Assembly: GCA_943356525.1 (NCBI GenBank)
Contig: CALRFG010000001.1
Location: 75,919-139,918, forward strand
DNA from: Candidatus Nomurabacteria bacterium
Lineage (GTDB): Bacteria > Patescibacteriota > Minisyncoccia > Phycocordibacterales > CAIZLB01
Direction of reading: 5' to 3'
DNA: 64,000 nt
Positions 1 through 9,840 of this stretch are shown one piece after another. The translations under genes were made by a program, and so were the position numbers. Position 1 is the first letter of the stretch. Every line of letters begins with the position of its first letter. A model generated the notes under the pieces. The model worked only from the letters and a program-made list of their open reading frames with translations, was not told the origin of the DNA and ran no database searches.

Positions 1-243
1 GGCTGTTATATTCATCAAACACCATGTTTCAACAGGTATGCCATATATATTTTCATAATGTGATTTCGGTAAAACAAGAACATGTCCTCTAGTGTCTGGG
101 CTTATGTCCAGGAAAGCTAAAGTCTCATTATCTTCGTATATTTTAACAGAAGCTATTTCATTTCTTATAATTTTGCAAAATATACAGTTTTCTACTATAT
201 GTTGCTCATCGTGGATTTCTTTATTGTTATCATTTTGACTCAT
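1..243 (-). CDS. HIT family nucleotide hydrolase (3' part runs off the window)
   Basis: Manual translation: MSQND...ENCIFCKII...KIYEDNETLAFLDISPDTRGHVLVLPKSH, the typical HIT/HINT N-terminus. Not in the ORF track. Confidence 0.9.
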   Translation of the reverse strand, partial: MSQNDNNKEIHDEQHIVENCIFCKIIRNEIASVKIYEDNETLAFLDISPDTRGHVLVLPKSHYENIYGIPVETWCLMNITA

Positions 244-266
244 AAAACTATGATATCATATATGCC

Positions 267-2045
267 ATGTTTGAGACTATAGATCAAAATTTTATAAAGA
301 AAATATTAAAGGACAGAGGTTTAAATAAAGGTGAGACTGAAGATTTTTTGAACCCTATATATATTAAGGAAAATGGTGGTATGTATGACGCAAGTAAGAT
401 GAAGGACATGAAACTGGCTTTAGGCGATATTTGGGAAACAATTGAAAGAAATGAAAAAATAGCTATATATTCTGATTATGATGCTGATGGTGTTCCTGGT
501 GCTGTAGTTTTAAATTCATTTTTTAAAAAAATAAAATATAGTCACAATATTATCGTAAAAATTCCACATAGACATAAAGATGGTTTTGGCCTACATAAAC
601 ATCTTATTGATGAACTGAAGGTGGAAAATGTAAAACTTATTATTACAATAGACCTAGGTAGTTCCAACGTGAAAGAGGTGGAACATATTAATTCATTGGG
701 TATGAAGGTAATAATAACGGATCATCACGAACCACATGATAAACTTCCAAATGCTTTTGCTATATTAAATCCAAAACAGAAAGATTGTAAATATCCAGAT
801 AAGAACTTATGCGGCTCTGGTGTGATTTTCAAGTTGGTACACTTACTTATAGAAGAAGCTAGAAAAAGAAAATACAATATTAATATTGGTTATGAAAAAT
901 GGTTATTAGACATGGTTGGTTTAGCTACTATATCAGACATGGTTCCCTTGATTGGGGAAAATAGGGTTTTTGCCCAATACGGGCTTAAAGTCTTACAAAA
1001 AAATAAAAGACCTGGTATTTATCATTTATTAAATAAATTAAAAATAAATGAAAGGTATCTCGACGAAGGCGATATAGGATTTTCTGTTTCACCTTGTATT
1101 AATGCCGCGTCAAGAATGAGTCACGCTATTGATGCTTTTGAATTGCTATCATCAGAGGATGAAGATGTTTGTATAAAATCTGCCGATGCTTTAGTTAAGC
1201 TTAATAAGCTTAGAAAAAGTTCTGCCGACAGTCTTATCTCTGACATAAAAAATAAAATAAATATTGATAAGGTTCGCGACATATTGGTAATAGGTGATGA
1301 AAACTGGTCACCTACTATCTTGGGTCCTGCTGCATCAAATATGGTACGACAGTTTCAACTACCGGTTTTTCTTTATGCGTCTGACGGTGGTGAATTGTTT
1401 CGAGGTTCATGCCGATCAATTCCAGGAGTATCTGTTGTTGAAATTATGAATAACGTTTCAGACGGTTTTTTTACTGAATCGGGGGGGCATCATGCTTCTG
1501 GAGGCTTTTCATTTTTAGCAGATAAAAAAGATTTATTTGAAAGTGAGATGAGATTGGCATTTGAAAAATATAAACAATACAAAAAAGATAATAATATTGA
1601 AGATGTAGTAATAATAGAAGAGATGTCATATAACATAACCCATAATAATGTGGACAGTTTTCTTCTAAAGCATTTATTTCAAATGAAACCTTTTGGTATG
1701 AATAATCCTAATCCTTTATTTTGTATAAAACAGGTTTCTTTTTCAAACATAAAACTATTTGGTAAACAAAAAGAACATATTGAATTTGTTGTGAAAAACT
1801 TTCTAAATGATAAAGGTCAATTAGAAACTGTTACACCGGAATTATTTCAGAACGCATATAAGTACACTTCACAATACAACAGAATCGATACTGTGAAATA
1901 TATAAGCTTCTTTGCAGGCAATGAATTATTAGAAGTTAAACCTGATACAGAGTATGATATATACGGCCGTGTCGAGTCTAGTAATTTTTTGGGTAAAAAA
2001 GAGATTCGTGTTAAAGTTGAATACATAAATGTTTCATCAAAATAA
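267..2045 (+). CDS. recJ: ssDNA-specific exonuclease RecJ
   Basis: DHH motifs SDYDADG, ITIDLG, ITDHH and DHHA1 GGHHASGG. Confidence 0.95.
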   Translation: MFETIDQNFIKKILKDRGLNKGETEDFLNPIYIKENGGMYDASKMKDMKLALGDIWETIERNEKIAIYSDYDADGVPGAVVLNSFFKKIKYSHNIIVKIPHRHKDGFGLHKHLIDELKVENVKLIITIDLGSSNVKEVEHINSLGMKVIITDHHEPHDKLPNAFAILNPKQKDCKYPDKNLCGSGVIFKLVHLLIEEARKRKYNINIGYEKWLLDMVGLATISDMVPLIGENRVFAQYGLKVLQKNKRPGIYHLLNKLKINERYLDEGDIGFSVSPCINAASRMSHAIDAFELLSSEDEDVCIKSADALVKLNKLRKSSADSLISDIKNKINIDKVRDILVIGDENWSPTILGPAASNMVRQFQLPVFLYASDGGELFRGSCRSIPGVSVVEIMNNVSDGFFTESGGHHASGGFSFLADKKDLFESEMRLAFEKYKQYKKDNNIEDVVIIEEMSYNITHNNVDSFLLKHLFQMKPFGMNNPNPLFCIKQVSFSNIKLFGKQKEHIEFVVKNFLNDKGQLETVTPELFQNAYKYTSQYNRIDTVKYISFFAGNELLEVKPDTEYDIYGRVESSNFLGKKEIRVKVEYINVSSK

Positions 2046-2556
2046 TATAACAATATATACAGACGGTTCATCACGCGGTAATCCGGGTCCTGGAGGTTTT
2101 GCTTCTATTGTAGTTGTCGATAGTTCAAAGGTTATAGAATTTGGAGGACATGATAAACATACAACAAATAATAAGATGGAACTCAGTGGTGTTATACATG
2201 GTTTAAAGATCGCATTGAATAACGTTACACATGATATAAAACAGATAACCGTATACTCTGATTCAAAATATGTTTTAAACGGTATAAGCTCATGGATACA
2301 TAATTGGAAAAAAAATAATTGGAAGACCGCTGCAAAGAAAGAAGTGTTGAATCAGGATTTATGGCAAGAGTTAGATAAACTTGTCGAAACAGTTTCACAA
2401 AAGAATATTAAGATAGGGTGGAATTATGTTAAGGGGCATGCTGACAATTCATATAATAATAGAGCTGATATTATAGCGACTACATGTGCGGATGAGGGGG
2501 TTACAAAAGTATTTTATGAAGGTGACTTTAAGGTTTGGAACGCTCTTAACGGATAA
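2029..2556 (+). CDS. rnhA: Ribonuclease HI
   Basis: YTDGSSRGNPGPGG, TTNNKMEL, SDSKY, VKGHA..NNRAD. Confidence 0.96.
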   Translation: MFHQNNITIYTDGSSRGNPGPGGFASIVVVDSSKVIEFGGHDKHTTNNKMELSGVIHGLKIALNNVTHDIKQITVYSDSKYVLNGISSWIHNWKKNNWKTAAKKEVLNQDLWQELDKLVETVSQKNIKIGWNYVKGHADNSYNNRADIIATTCADEGVTKVFYEGDFKVWNALNG

Positions 2557-2636
2557 ATTTTTTGCTTCATTAAACTTCAGTTTTACTTTATTTTTTCTTA
2601 ATCAAAACTTTAACTTCATTATGTAACAATAATGAG

Positions 2637-3992
2637 ATGAAATTTTATATATTCATCACACTAATAATAATCTCGAGTCTAGCAACTTATCGCAGCTATA
2701 ATATCTTCAATGGAAAGCAAAAAAATTTGGTTGAAAAATTTTTAGAAAAAAAGTTATTAAAACTCGAGACTATTGTCCAGATCAAAAGTGAGATAAGTAA
2801 TTCAAATTTTAAGACAACTTTTATAGGTGAGGATGAAGATTATAAATATAAGGTAACAAGTTCGGAAATTCTGGACATAACTTTTGGAGACTGTTTGAAA
2901 GTAAGTGGAAATATTTCAAGACCAGAGATCAAAAAATCTGGAGAGACTTTGTACAATTTTCCCTATACAGAATATTTGGCGAAGGATAATATTTATCTTA
3001 TGTACAAGGTTGTATCTTCTGAGAAAATTTCCGAATGTCCAACCTTGAGTCATTATGAAAAAGTTAAACTATTTTTCTTAAATCAAAAAATAAATATCAC
3101 AAAAATATTTCTCCAAAAATATGACCAACCTTATGCTGGGTTAGTGGCCGGAGTTTTGATTGCAGGGAAGGGACTGATGAATCCTGAGACCCTAGAAATA
3201 TTTAAAAAAGTTTCACTATCACATGTTATAGTTTTATCCGGCTCAAATGTGTCAATAATAATATTTAATATAAAATATATTTTTGATAGTATTTTTATAA
3301 TTGTTAAAATTAGAGAAAACTTGTTATCAGAAATTATAAGAAAATTTTTGATACTCATCTCGATTACAAGTTTTGTTTTATTAACAGGTGGAGGTGCTCC
3401 TATATACAGAGCATTCTTTTCTAGTTTTTGTGCACTCGTTATTTTTAAAAAAGATACAGATCAATTTTATGCATTAACTATTGTAGTTTTGATTATGACT
3501 ATTATCAATCCATTTGGAAGTATTTATGATCCATCTTTTCATCTGACTTGTTGTGCAACTTATGGACTAATTTTATTCTCAAAATATTTTAATCAATTGA
3601 TAATTTATTCTTGGATGAATTTTATACCAAATTTTATTAGAGAGATTATTTCTGTAACATTAGCAACTCAGGTTTTTGTTTTTCCTTATATTATATTTAT
3701 GAGTGGTTCATTTTCTACAGTTTTTCTTTTATCAAATATTTTAGTATTACCTCTCATTCCATTTATTATGCTTTTTGGTTTCCTGAGTTTATTTCCGATT
3801 ATTGGTGGATTATGTATTTTGGTAAATAATCTTATTCTAAAAACTATATTTTATTTGGTTAAAGTTATGTCGGAGATTCCGGGAGGGTATATTGTTTTTG
3901 ATAAGAAATTAAGCTTAGTAATACTGCTTGGATATAGTTTAGTTTTGATTTTATTGATAGGAAGGTTAAGAAACGTAGATTTAAGTAAATAA
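2637..3992 (+). CDS. comEC: ComEC/Rec2 competence protein, OB plus membrane channel part (no MBL domain)
   Basis: SLSHVIVLSGSNV, GGGAPIYRA, DPSFHLT motifs and many TM segments. Confidence 0.85.
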   Translation: MKFYIFITLIIISSLATYRSYNIFNGKQKNLVEKFLEKKLLKLETIVQIKSEISNSNFKTTFIGEDEDYKYKVTSSEILDITFGDCLKVSGNISRPEIKKSGETLYNFPYTEYLAKDNIYLMYKVVSSEKISECPTLSHYEKVKLFFLNQKINITKIFLQKYDQPYAGLVAGVLIAGKGLMNPETLEIFKKVSLSHVIVLSGSNVSIIIFNIKYIFDSIFIIVKIRENLLSEIIRKFLILISITSFVLLTGGGAPIYRAFFSSFCALVIFKKDTDQFYALTIVVLIMTIINPFGSIYDPSFHLTCCATYGLILFSKYFNQLIIYSWMNFIPNFIREIISVTLATQVFVFPYIIFMSGSFSTVFLLSNILVLPLIPFIMLFGFLSLFPIIGGLCILVNNLILKTIFYLVKVMSEIPGGYIVFDKKLSLVILLGYSLVLILLIGRLRNVDLSK

Positions 3993-3994
3993 AC

Positions 3995-4023
3995 TTGACT
4001 TTAACTCTTTATTATTTTAGCAT
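3995..4023 (+). promoter_or_regulatory. sigma70-type promoter
   Basis: TTGACT, 17 bp spacer, TAGCAT. Confidence 0.55.
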
Positions 4024-4087
4024 ATTCGTATGTAATCGACTTCGTAGTCGACAAATAACAAGTACTCAAACAACCAACAAAAAAACC

Positions 4088-4597
4088 ATGAAATCATTAG
4101 TAACTATAGTTAACACATTTGAAATGGATATCGTCTCAATTAATGTATTTGATCGTCCAGTCCAGAGTTTAATCGACTCGGCTGGTTACAAATATGTGAA
4201 TGAGAATATTAAGTGCAGTAAAATATTGATCCATAAACCAGGTATTCGACCAGTGGCTATTTGGCATCCGAATCGAATCATCTCAACCGAGGGTGCTAAT
4301 AAAGCCATAAAGTTAATGACGACTGTTATCGATGGAGAGACCTATAAAGGTCGCCCCGGTACCATTGAAGATCTTGTTTCTTATGAAATTGAATTCTTCG
4401 AAGAATTGACAGGGATCAACCTTGTTGCTCTCAGCGAAAAAGTTTTGCGCGAATTAAGTGACTCAATTGAGTGTGTTGCCTATCGTTATTACTCTGATTC
4501 TTCAAAGCATAGGCTACATCTCCGAGAATTGAAAGGTGACTGGGAATCAGTATTTCGTTTCCTAGTAGTTTTTGAAAAGTTTTCCGAGTCTGAGTGA
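4088..4597 (+). CDS. Hypothetical protein
   Basis: ATG at 4088 after a promoter and A-rich leader; followed by its own terminator. Confidence 0.7.
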   Translation: MKSLVTIVNTFEMDIVSINVFDRPVQSLIDSAGYKYVNENIKCSKILIHKPGIRPVAIWHPNRIISTEGANKAIKLMTTVIDGETYKGRPGTIEDLVSYEIEFFEELTGINLVALSEKVLRELSDSIECVAYRYYSDSSKHRLHLRELKGDWESVFRFLVVFEKFSESE

Positions 4598-4640
4598 ATT
4601 TGCACTATGCACTTTGATTCTCAGACACTTTGACTTTTTA

Positions 4641-4670
4641 GTCGGTTCCGTTTTACGGGACCGATTTTTT
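4641..4670 (+). terminator. Intrinsic terminator
   Basis: gtcggttccg-tttta-cgggaccgat followed by a T-run. Confidence 0.75.
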
Positions 4671-4809
4671 CTTGCAGTAATATTTATTTATGAAACTGAA
4701 TGTAAAATAATGAAAAATCTAATGTCAGGTTTTTGTTCAATGTAAATACAAGTTGACATAGCGTGTTTGCAATTGCCAACCCCTACAAAATCAAAAAACC
4801 CAAGTAAAA

Positions 4810-5406
4810 CTAAAACCTCTCCTCAACAATCATAAAGTTAACATTCTCAAAAAAAGCCTCTACATATTTTTTCTTCTCGGATGGTGGAACGTCTAACATG
4901 TATGAATGCTCCCACATATCAAGTGCAAGTATAGGTTTAAGTCCCGTAAGATGACCTTCATGCTGTTCACCTACCCATGTGTTCATTAGATTACCTGTAG
5001 CTATATCCTGATATAAAAATGCCCAACCTATACCACGAGTCATAGCCAAAGTTTTAAACTCAGATAACCATTTTTCATATGATCCCCAGATCTCTTCTAT
5101 TTTTTTATATAGATTTGATTCTACACTCATTACTTTTTGACCACCTTCAAATTGAGTAAAGTAATATTCATGATTTCTCATACCACAAAATTCAAAACCC
5201 AATCTTCTTTTTAGCTCTCCTATTGTGTAAATATTAGTAATTTGTTCTTCCTCGGTTTTTGATAAATCGGCAACTTTCTCAAGTATTAAGTTAGTATGTT
5301 TAACATATCCAGCATAAAGTTTTAAATGTTCTTCTATTGTTTTGGCTGATATATTCTTAAGTTCTCCGATATTAAATTTTTTTTCAGTATAAGTTTTATA
5401 TGTCAT
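4810..5406 (-). CDS. Fe/Mn superoxide dismutase family protein
   Basis: EEHLKLYAGYV, NHEYYF, GIGWAFL, LDMWEHSY. Confidence 0.92.
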   Translation of the reverse strand: MTYKTYTEKKFNIGELKNISAKTIEEHLKLYAGYVKHTNLILEKVADLSKTEEEQITNIYTIGELKRRLGFEFCGMRNHEYYFTQFEGGQKVMSVESNLYKKIEEIWGSYEKWLSEFKTLAMTRGIGWAFLYQDIATGNLMNTWVGEQHEGHLTGLKPILALDMWEHSYMLDVPPSEKKKYVEAFFENVNFMIVEERF

Positions 5407-5476
5407 AATTATTTCTTTATTATTTCTTTATTAATTCTTTTAATTTTCTTTAACCGTCGTATGCTTTAATACTACA

Positions 5477-6403
5477 ATGAAAGATATTTACTATAAATAT
5501 AACATATTTTATATAGGTTTAACCCTATTGTTTTCCATGAACGTATTGCTGTATGTTTTTATATATATAAACCGTGGCTGCTATGCGCCTATTGATATCG
5601 TCGCTTTCTTAGATATAGGCCAAGGCGATGCGATATATATAGAAAATAAAACAGGTCAAACTATACTCGTTGATACAGGAAATAAAGGCTCGGAAGTATT
5701 GAAACAAATACAAAATATAAAAATGTGTAACAAAGTACATATAGACACTCTTATACTTACACATCCAGATCAAGATCATATCGGTGAGGCTACAAACTTG
5801 ATACAAAAAGGATATGTTGACCAGGTTGTCCATAATGGTTTTTTAAATATAAATCAACAAAAAGAAAGTCAGACCGAAAATGATTTAGAAAAAATAATGA
5901 AAATAAAGAATATACAAACTCAAGATATAGTATTAAACCTAAGTTTGGATTTTAAGGATTTCAATGTAAAATTTCTATACCCTACAAAAACACCATATAT
6001 GGATAAAAAAGGTAAAAGTAAAAGTGTAGACGATAATGATTATTCTATTGTTTTAAAGTTATTACATATAAAAAGCGATAAAAGTTTTATGCTAACAGGA
6101 GATGCTCCGATAAAGGTTGAAAAACAGATTATAGAAACCTATTGTCCAGATCATAAAACTTCAGATATTTGCCCTGCTCTAAAGTCAATAGTTTTAAAAC
6201 TAGGTCATCATGGATCAAAAAACTCATCAGGTATAGATTTTTTGAAGAAAGTTAATGCAACAGATTACATAGTTTCCGCTGGTTTAAATAATAAGTACAA
6301 TCATCCAAATGAGGAAACTATATATAGAGTATATTTAAATAAAAAAGACTCTCGGGTAAGAGAGACTTATTCAGAGGGGAATATTGTTTATAGACTGGAC
6401 TAG
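5477..6403 (+). CDS. ComEC-type metallo-beta-lactamase fold protein
   Basis: FLDIGQGDA, LTHPDQDHIG, LTGDA, LGHHGSKNSS, YNHP; N-terminal TM. Confidence 0.9.
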   Translation: MKDIYYKYNIFYIGLTLLFSMNVLLYVFIYINRGCYAPIDIVAFLDIGQGDAIYIENKTGQTILVDTGNKGSEVLKQIQNIKMCNKVHIDTLILTHPDQDHIGEATNLIQKGYVDQVVHNGFLNINQQKESQTENDLEKIMKIKNIQTQDIVLNLSLDFKDFNVKFLYPTKTPYMDKKGKSKSVDDNDYSIVLKLLHIKSDKSFMLTGDAPIKVEKQIIETYCPDHKTSDICPALKSIVLKLGHHGSKNSSGIDFLKKVNATDYIVSAGLNNKYNHPNEETIYRVYLNKKDSRVRETYSEGNIVYRLD

Positions 6404-6642
6404 ATTAACCCAGCTTTTTTAAGAGTTTTGAAAGCTCCATTTTTATGTATTGTTTTTATACCACGAGCCGATACTGTTATAGAAACAGTTTGATTCAACT
6501 CAGGAACGAAAACTTTCTTTTTCTGTAGGTTTGGATATCTTCTTCTTTTTCCAGTAGGGTTAAATTGAGTAGCACGAGTCGCGTTCGAATAGCCACCTCC
6601 GTTTACTGACCCTTTTTTTGTTATTGCGCAGATTTTTGCCAT
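6400..6642 (-). CDS. rpmB: 50S ribosomal protein L28
   Basis: True start MAKICAITKK; ..KRRRYPNLQKK..VSARGIKT. The ORF track N-terminal extension overlaps the opposite gene. Confidence 0.93.
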   Translation of the reverse strand: MAKICAITKKGSVNGGGYSNATRATQFNPTGKRRRYPNLQKKKVFVPELNQTVSITVSARGIKTIHKNGAFKTLKKAGLI

Positions 6643-6709
6643 GGGGGTTATATTAGCATAAAGATATGTTTGTGGCAATATGTCTATGCTATGTGTTATA
6701 TTTAAATTT

Positions 6710-7201
6710 ATGCCTAAAAACAAAGGAAAAAAAAATAAAACCAAAGACGGGAAAACAAAGTTTATGGAACCTGTCCCTTTTGAAGAAAGGATATCAAAAA
6801 GCATAGGATCAGTTATGTCTCTATATATACATACCGCTATATTTATATTAGCGTTCTTGCTTATACTGTTAGGGGTATCTACTGAGAAAGTTTTACTTAC
6901 ATTGACCACTTTGGTGTCCCTAGAGGCTATATATCTGTCTATATTGATACAGATTGCAGTAAATAAGAACACCCAGTCTCTAGAGGAGGTTGAGGAAGAT
7001 TTGGATGAGATTCAAGAAGATTTGGATGAGATTGCGGATGATGTTGAGGATATTCAAGAAGATATAGATGAGATTGAGGAAGAGGTTGATGATATTGAAG
7101 AAGGAGACAATAAAAGAGATAATGAAGTTAATATTAAATTTAAAAACATTGATGAGCAATTAAATCTTATTTTACAAGAAATTAAAAATCTAAAAAAATA
7201 A
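6710..7201 (+). CDS. Two-TM membrane protein with acidic coiled-coil tail (DUF1003-like)
   Basis: LLTLTTLVSLEAIYLSILIQ followed by (I/V)xEDxDE heptads. Confidence 0.7.
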   Translation: MPKNKGKKNKTKDGKTKFMEPVPFEERISKSIGSVMSLYIHTAIFILAFLLILLGVSTEKVLLTLTTLVSLEAIYLSILIQIAVNKNTQSLEEVEEDLDEIQEDLDEIADDVEDIQEDIDEIEEEVDDIEEGDNKRDNEVNIKFKNIDEQLNLILQEIKNLKK

Positions 7202-7205
7202 TAAT

Positions 7206-7793
7206 ATGAATATAATATCAATACTTATACTAATATTTGCTATAGTGGTACATGAAGTAGCTCATGGGCTTGCTGCACTTTGGCAAGGAGACAGGACAGC
7301 TAAAGATGCTGGTCGTTTAACCTTAAACCCTATAGTTCACTTAGATCCTATAGGTTCTATATTGTTACCGCTGACCATGTTTTTCATAGGCTCACCTTTT
7401 TTGTTTGGTTGGGCTAAACCTGTACCAATAAATCCTTATTATTTTAGAAATGTAAAATATGGTGAAGCTATGGTTGCTTTTGCAGGTCCGCTGGTGAATA
7501 TTATATTTGCAATAACATTTTCTCTGATTTTGAACTTTGCACCAGTAGATACTGCTTATATAGCGGTGATTCAGACTATTATTCTTATAAATATTGTTCT
7601 TGCGTTATTCAACTTGATGCCTATACCCCCACTTGATGGGTCTAAGATTTTATTTGCGCTTATACCACAAAGGTATTATAAATTTCGTGAGAGTTTGGAA
7701 GCTAAAAGTTTCTTGTTTTGGTTAATTGTTATTCTTTTAGTTTGGAATGTGTTCGAGCCCTTGGTTTATTGGGTGTTTGGGTTGTTGGTGTAA
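7206..7793 (+). CDS. Site-2 protease (M50)
   Basis: HEVAH, GRLTLNP, FNLMPIPPLDG. Confidence 0.93.
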   Translation: MNIISILILIFAIVVHEVAHGLAALWQGDRTAKDAGRLTLNPIVHLDPIGSILLPLTMFFIGSPFLFGWAKPVPINPYYFRNVKYGEAMVAFAGPLVNIIFAITFSLILNFAPVDTAYIAVIQTIILINIVLALFNLMPIPPLDGSKILFALIPQRYYKFRESLEAKSFLFWLIVILLVWNVFEPLVYWVFGLLV

Positions 7794-7837
7794 TAAAGTC
7801 AATATTGCATAATTCTCACAAATGCTATAATACACCC

Positions 7838-9013
7838 ATGAAAGACAAACAAGTAAAAACTATCATTGATGCAGAAATTAAAAGACAAAAGAAAGTAATA
7901 AACCTCATCCCTTCAGAAAACTACACATCCAAAGACGTCATGGAGGCGGTTGGTTCTGTGTTTGATAATAAGTACGCTGAAGGTTATTCATATGCAAGAT
8001 ATTATGGTGGAAATGAAGAAGTTGATAAACTTGAATCTCTGTGTAAAAAAAGAGCCCTTGAGCTTTTTGGGCTTAAAGAAAAAGATTGGCATGTAAATTG
8101 TCAGGCTCATTCAGGGTCACCTGCAAACCTAGCGGTGTTTCTTGCAAATGTTCCAGTTGGAACAGGAAAGATTATGGGTATGAGTTTAACTTCAGGAGGG
8201 CACTTAACCCATGGGCAAAAAGTTTCAGCTACTGGTAAATTTTGGACATCTGTAACTTTTGATGTTGATAAGGATACTGAAGTGATTGATTATGATGCTG
8301 TTAAAAAACTTGCACAAAAAGAAAAGCCAACCATTATTGTTGCTGGTTTTACAGCCTATCCAAGAGTTGTTGATTTCAAAAAGTTTAGAGAAATAGCTGA
8401 CAGTTGTGGTGCACTTCTTATGGTTGATATGTCTCATCTTGCTGGTCTTGTTGCAGGAAAAGCTTATCCGTCACCATTTCCATATGCAGATGTTGTTACA
8501 ACTACAACTCATAAAACACTTAGAGGTCCAAGAGGTGCGCTTATATTTTCAAAAAAAGATGAAAGAGGTATAGATAAAAAGATAGATAAGGCAGTATTTC
8601 CAGGACTACAAGGCGGACCACATATGTCACATGTTGCTGGTATAGCAGTTGCTTTGCACGAAGCTAAAACTCCTGCGTTTAAAAGTTATGCAAAACAAGT
8701 TATAAAAAACGCAAAAGCATTTGCTAAAGAAATGAAAAGACTGGGTTGGAGAGTTGTATCAGGGGGAACAGATTCTCATCTCTTGTTGATCGATACATGG
8801 GCTGGTGGTGTGACAGGAAAGATTGCTGAAGCTGCACTTGAGAAGGCGGGGATTATTTGTAATAAAAATACAATACCTGGTGAGACTAGATCTCCTTTTG
8901 ATCCGTCAGGTATAAGGGTTGGAACTCCAGCTATGACGACGAGGGGTTATAAGGAGGTGGATTTTGTTAAGGTGGCGCAGAAGATTGATAAGGTGTTGAG
9001 AGGGGTGAAGTAG
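7838..9013 (+). CDS. glyA: Serine hydroxymethyltransferase
   Basis: LIPSENY, NKYAEGY, GGHLTHG, TTTTHKTLRGPRG; start MKDKQ after a -10 box. Confidence 0.97.
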   Translation: MKDKQVKTIIDAEIKRQKKVINLIPSENYTSKDVMEAVGSVFDNKYAEGYSYARYYGGNEEVDKLESLCKKRALELFGLKEKDWHVNCQAHSGSPANLAVFLANVPVGTGKIMGMSLTSGGHLTHGQKVSATGKFWTSVTFDVDKDTEVIDYDAVKKLAQKEKPTIIVAGFTAYPRVVDFKKFREIADSCGALLMVDMSHLAGLVAGKAYPSPFPYADVVTTTTHKTLRGPRGALIFSKKDERGIDKKIDKAVFPGLQGGPHMSHVAGIAVALHEAKTPAFKSYAKQVIKNAKAFAKEMKRLGWRVVSGGTDSHLLLIDTWAGGVTGKIAEAALEKAGIICNKNTIPGETRSPFDPSGIRVGTPAMTTRGYKEVDFVKVAQKIDKVLRGVK

Positions 9014-9018
9014 TTGTG

Positions 9019-9053
9019 AAAATTTGAAGTCACAATTTGTGACTTCAAATTTT
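9019..9053. repeat. Perfect palindrome, 17-bp arms (left flank of the DUF3800 cassette)
   Basis: aaaatttgaagtcacaa-t-ttgtgacttcaaatttt. Confidence 0.9.
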
Positions 9054-9168
9054 GGACAAAAAAGTTTATATATTAATAAAAAACTCTATTAAATATAGAG
9101 GTTTTTATTTTACAAAACTTTATCATTTCTTCATGAGAACTTGATGTAGTTTATGTTTTAATTTATGG

Positions 9169-9828
9169 ATGGAAAACAATACACTATACATATACATAGA
9201 TGAATCTGGAAATACTGGTTTTAAAATAAACGAGCCTTATTTTGTAATATGTGCACTGATGTTAAATAGGGGTGATTTTAATTCAATTAAAAATATCGTT
9301 AAAAGGACAATAGCCGAGATCAGTTGTTATAGAGAGATTGAGGAATTGCACGCAAATGAAATGTCTTTTGAGGAAAAAGTTGAGGTATTTAATCATTTAA
9401 ATAAAACAAAGTTTAAAATATCTTACATGGTTGTAAATAAAGATGTTATAGATAAAAGTTTTTACAAAAAGAAAAACATCTATTTTAACTATATGATTTA
9501 TTTAATGCTACATAAGGTATTAAAAGAGGGAGAAAATAAAGAAGTATATATAACTATAGACAATAGGAATATAAGAATAACCGCTGAAGATTCCTTACAG
9601 GAGTATCTTAATATTGAACTTATAAGGAACAAATTATATAATAAAAATATATCTGTTAAATATACCGACTCAGAAAAGAATAAATATTTACAAGTGGTAG
9701 ATTTGTTTGCAAATGCTGTTTATGCTAAATATAATTTTGGTAAAAATTATTTTTATAACCAAATTATAGAAAGAATTGTTGATATAACTTTCTATCCTGA
9801 AAAGTTTGACATAAATAATGGTTTATAA
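9169..9828 (+). CDS. DUF3800 family protein (predicted RNase H-like fold)
   Basis: N-terminal YIYIDESG, central ELH, C-terminal DSEKNKYLQVVDLFA (QxxD). Confidence 0.85.
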   Translation: MENNTLYIYIDESGNTGFKINEPYFVICALMLNRGDFNSIKNIVKRTIAEISCYREIEELHANEMSFEEKVEVFNHLNKTKFKISYMVVNKDVIDKSFYKKKNIYFNYMIYLMLHKVLKEGENKEVYITIDNRNIRITAEDSLQEYLNIELIRNKLYNKNISVKYTDSEKNKYLQVVDLFANAVYAKYNFGKNYFYNQIIERIVDITFYPEKFDINNGL

Positions 9829-9834
9829 TAATAT
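9806..9834 (+). promoter_or_regulatory. sigma70 promoter in the 3' end of the DUF3800 gene
   Basis: TTGACA (9806-9811), 17 bp spacer, TAATAT (9829-9834). Confidence 0.6.
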
Positions 9835-9840
9835 ATTAAA

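Noticed and set aside
6643-6972. N-terminal extension of the L28 ORF
   Set aside because: It overlaps a real plus-strand gene; L28 homology and a -10 box support the start at 6642.
6981-7100. CRISPR-like periodic repeat
   Set aside because: It is an in-frame coding repeat without unique spacers; no cas genes in the window.
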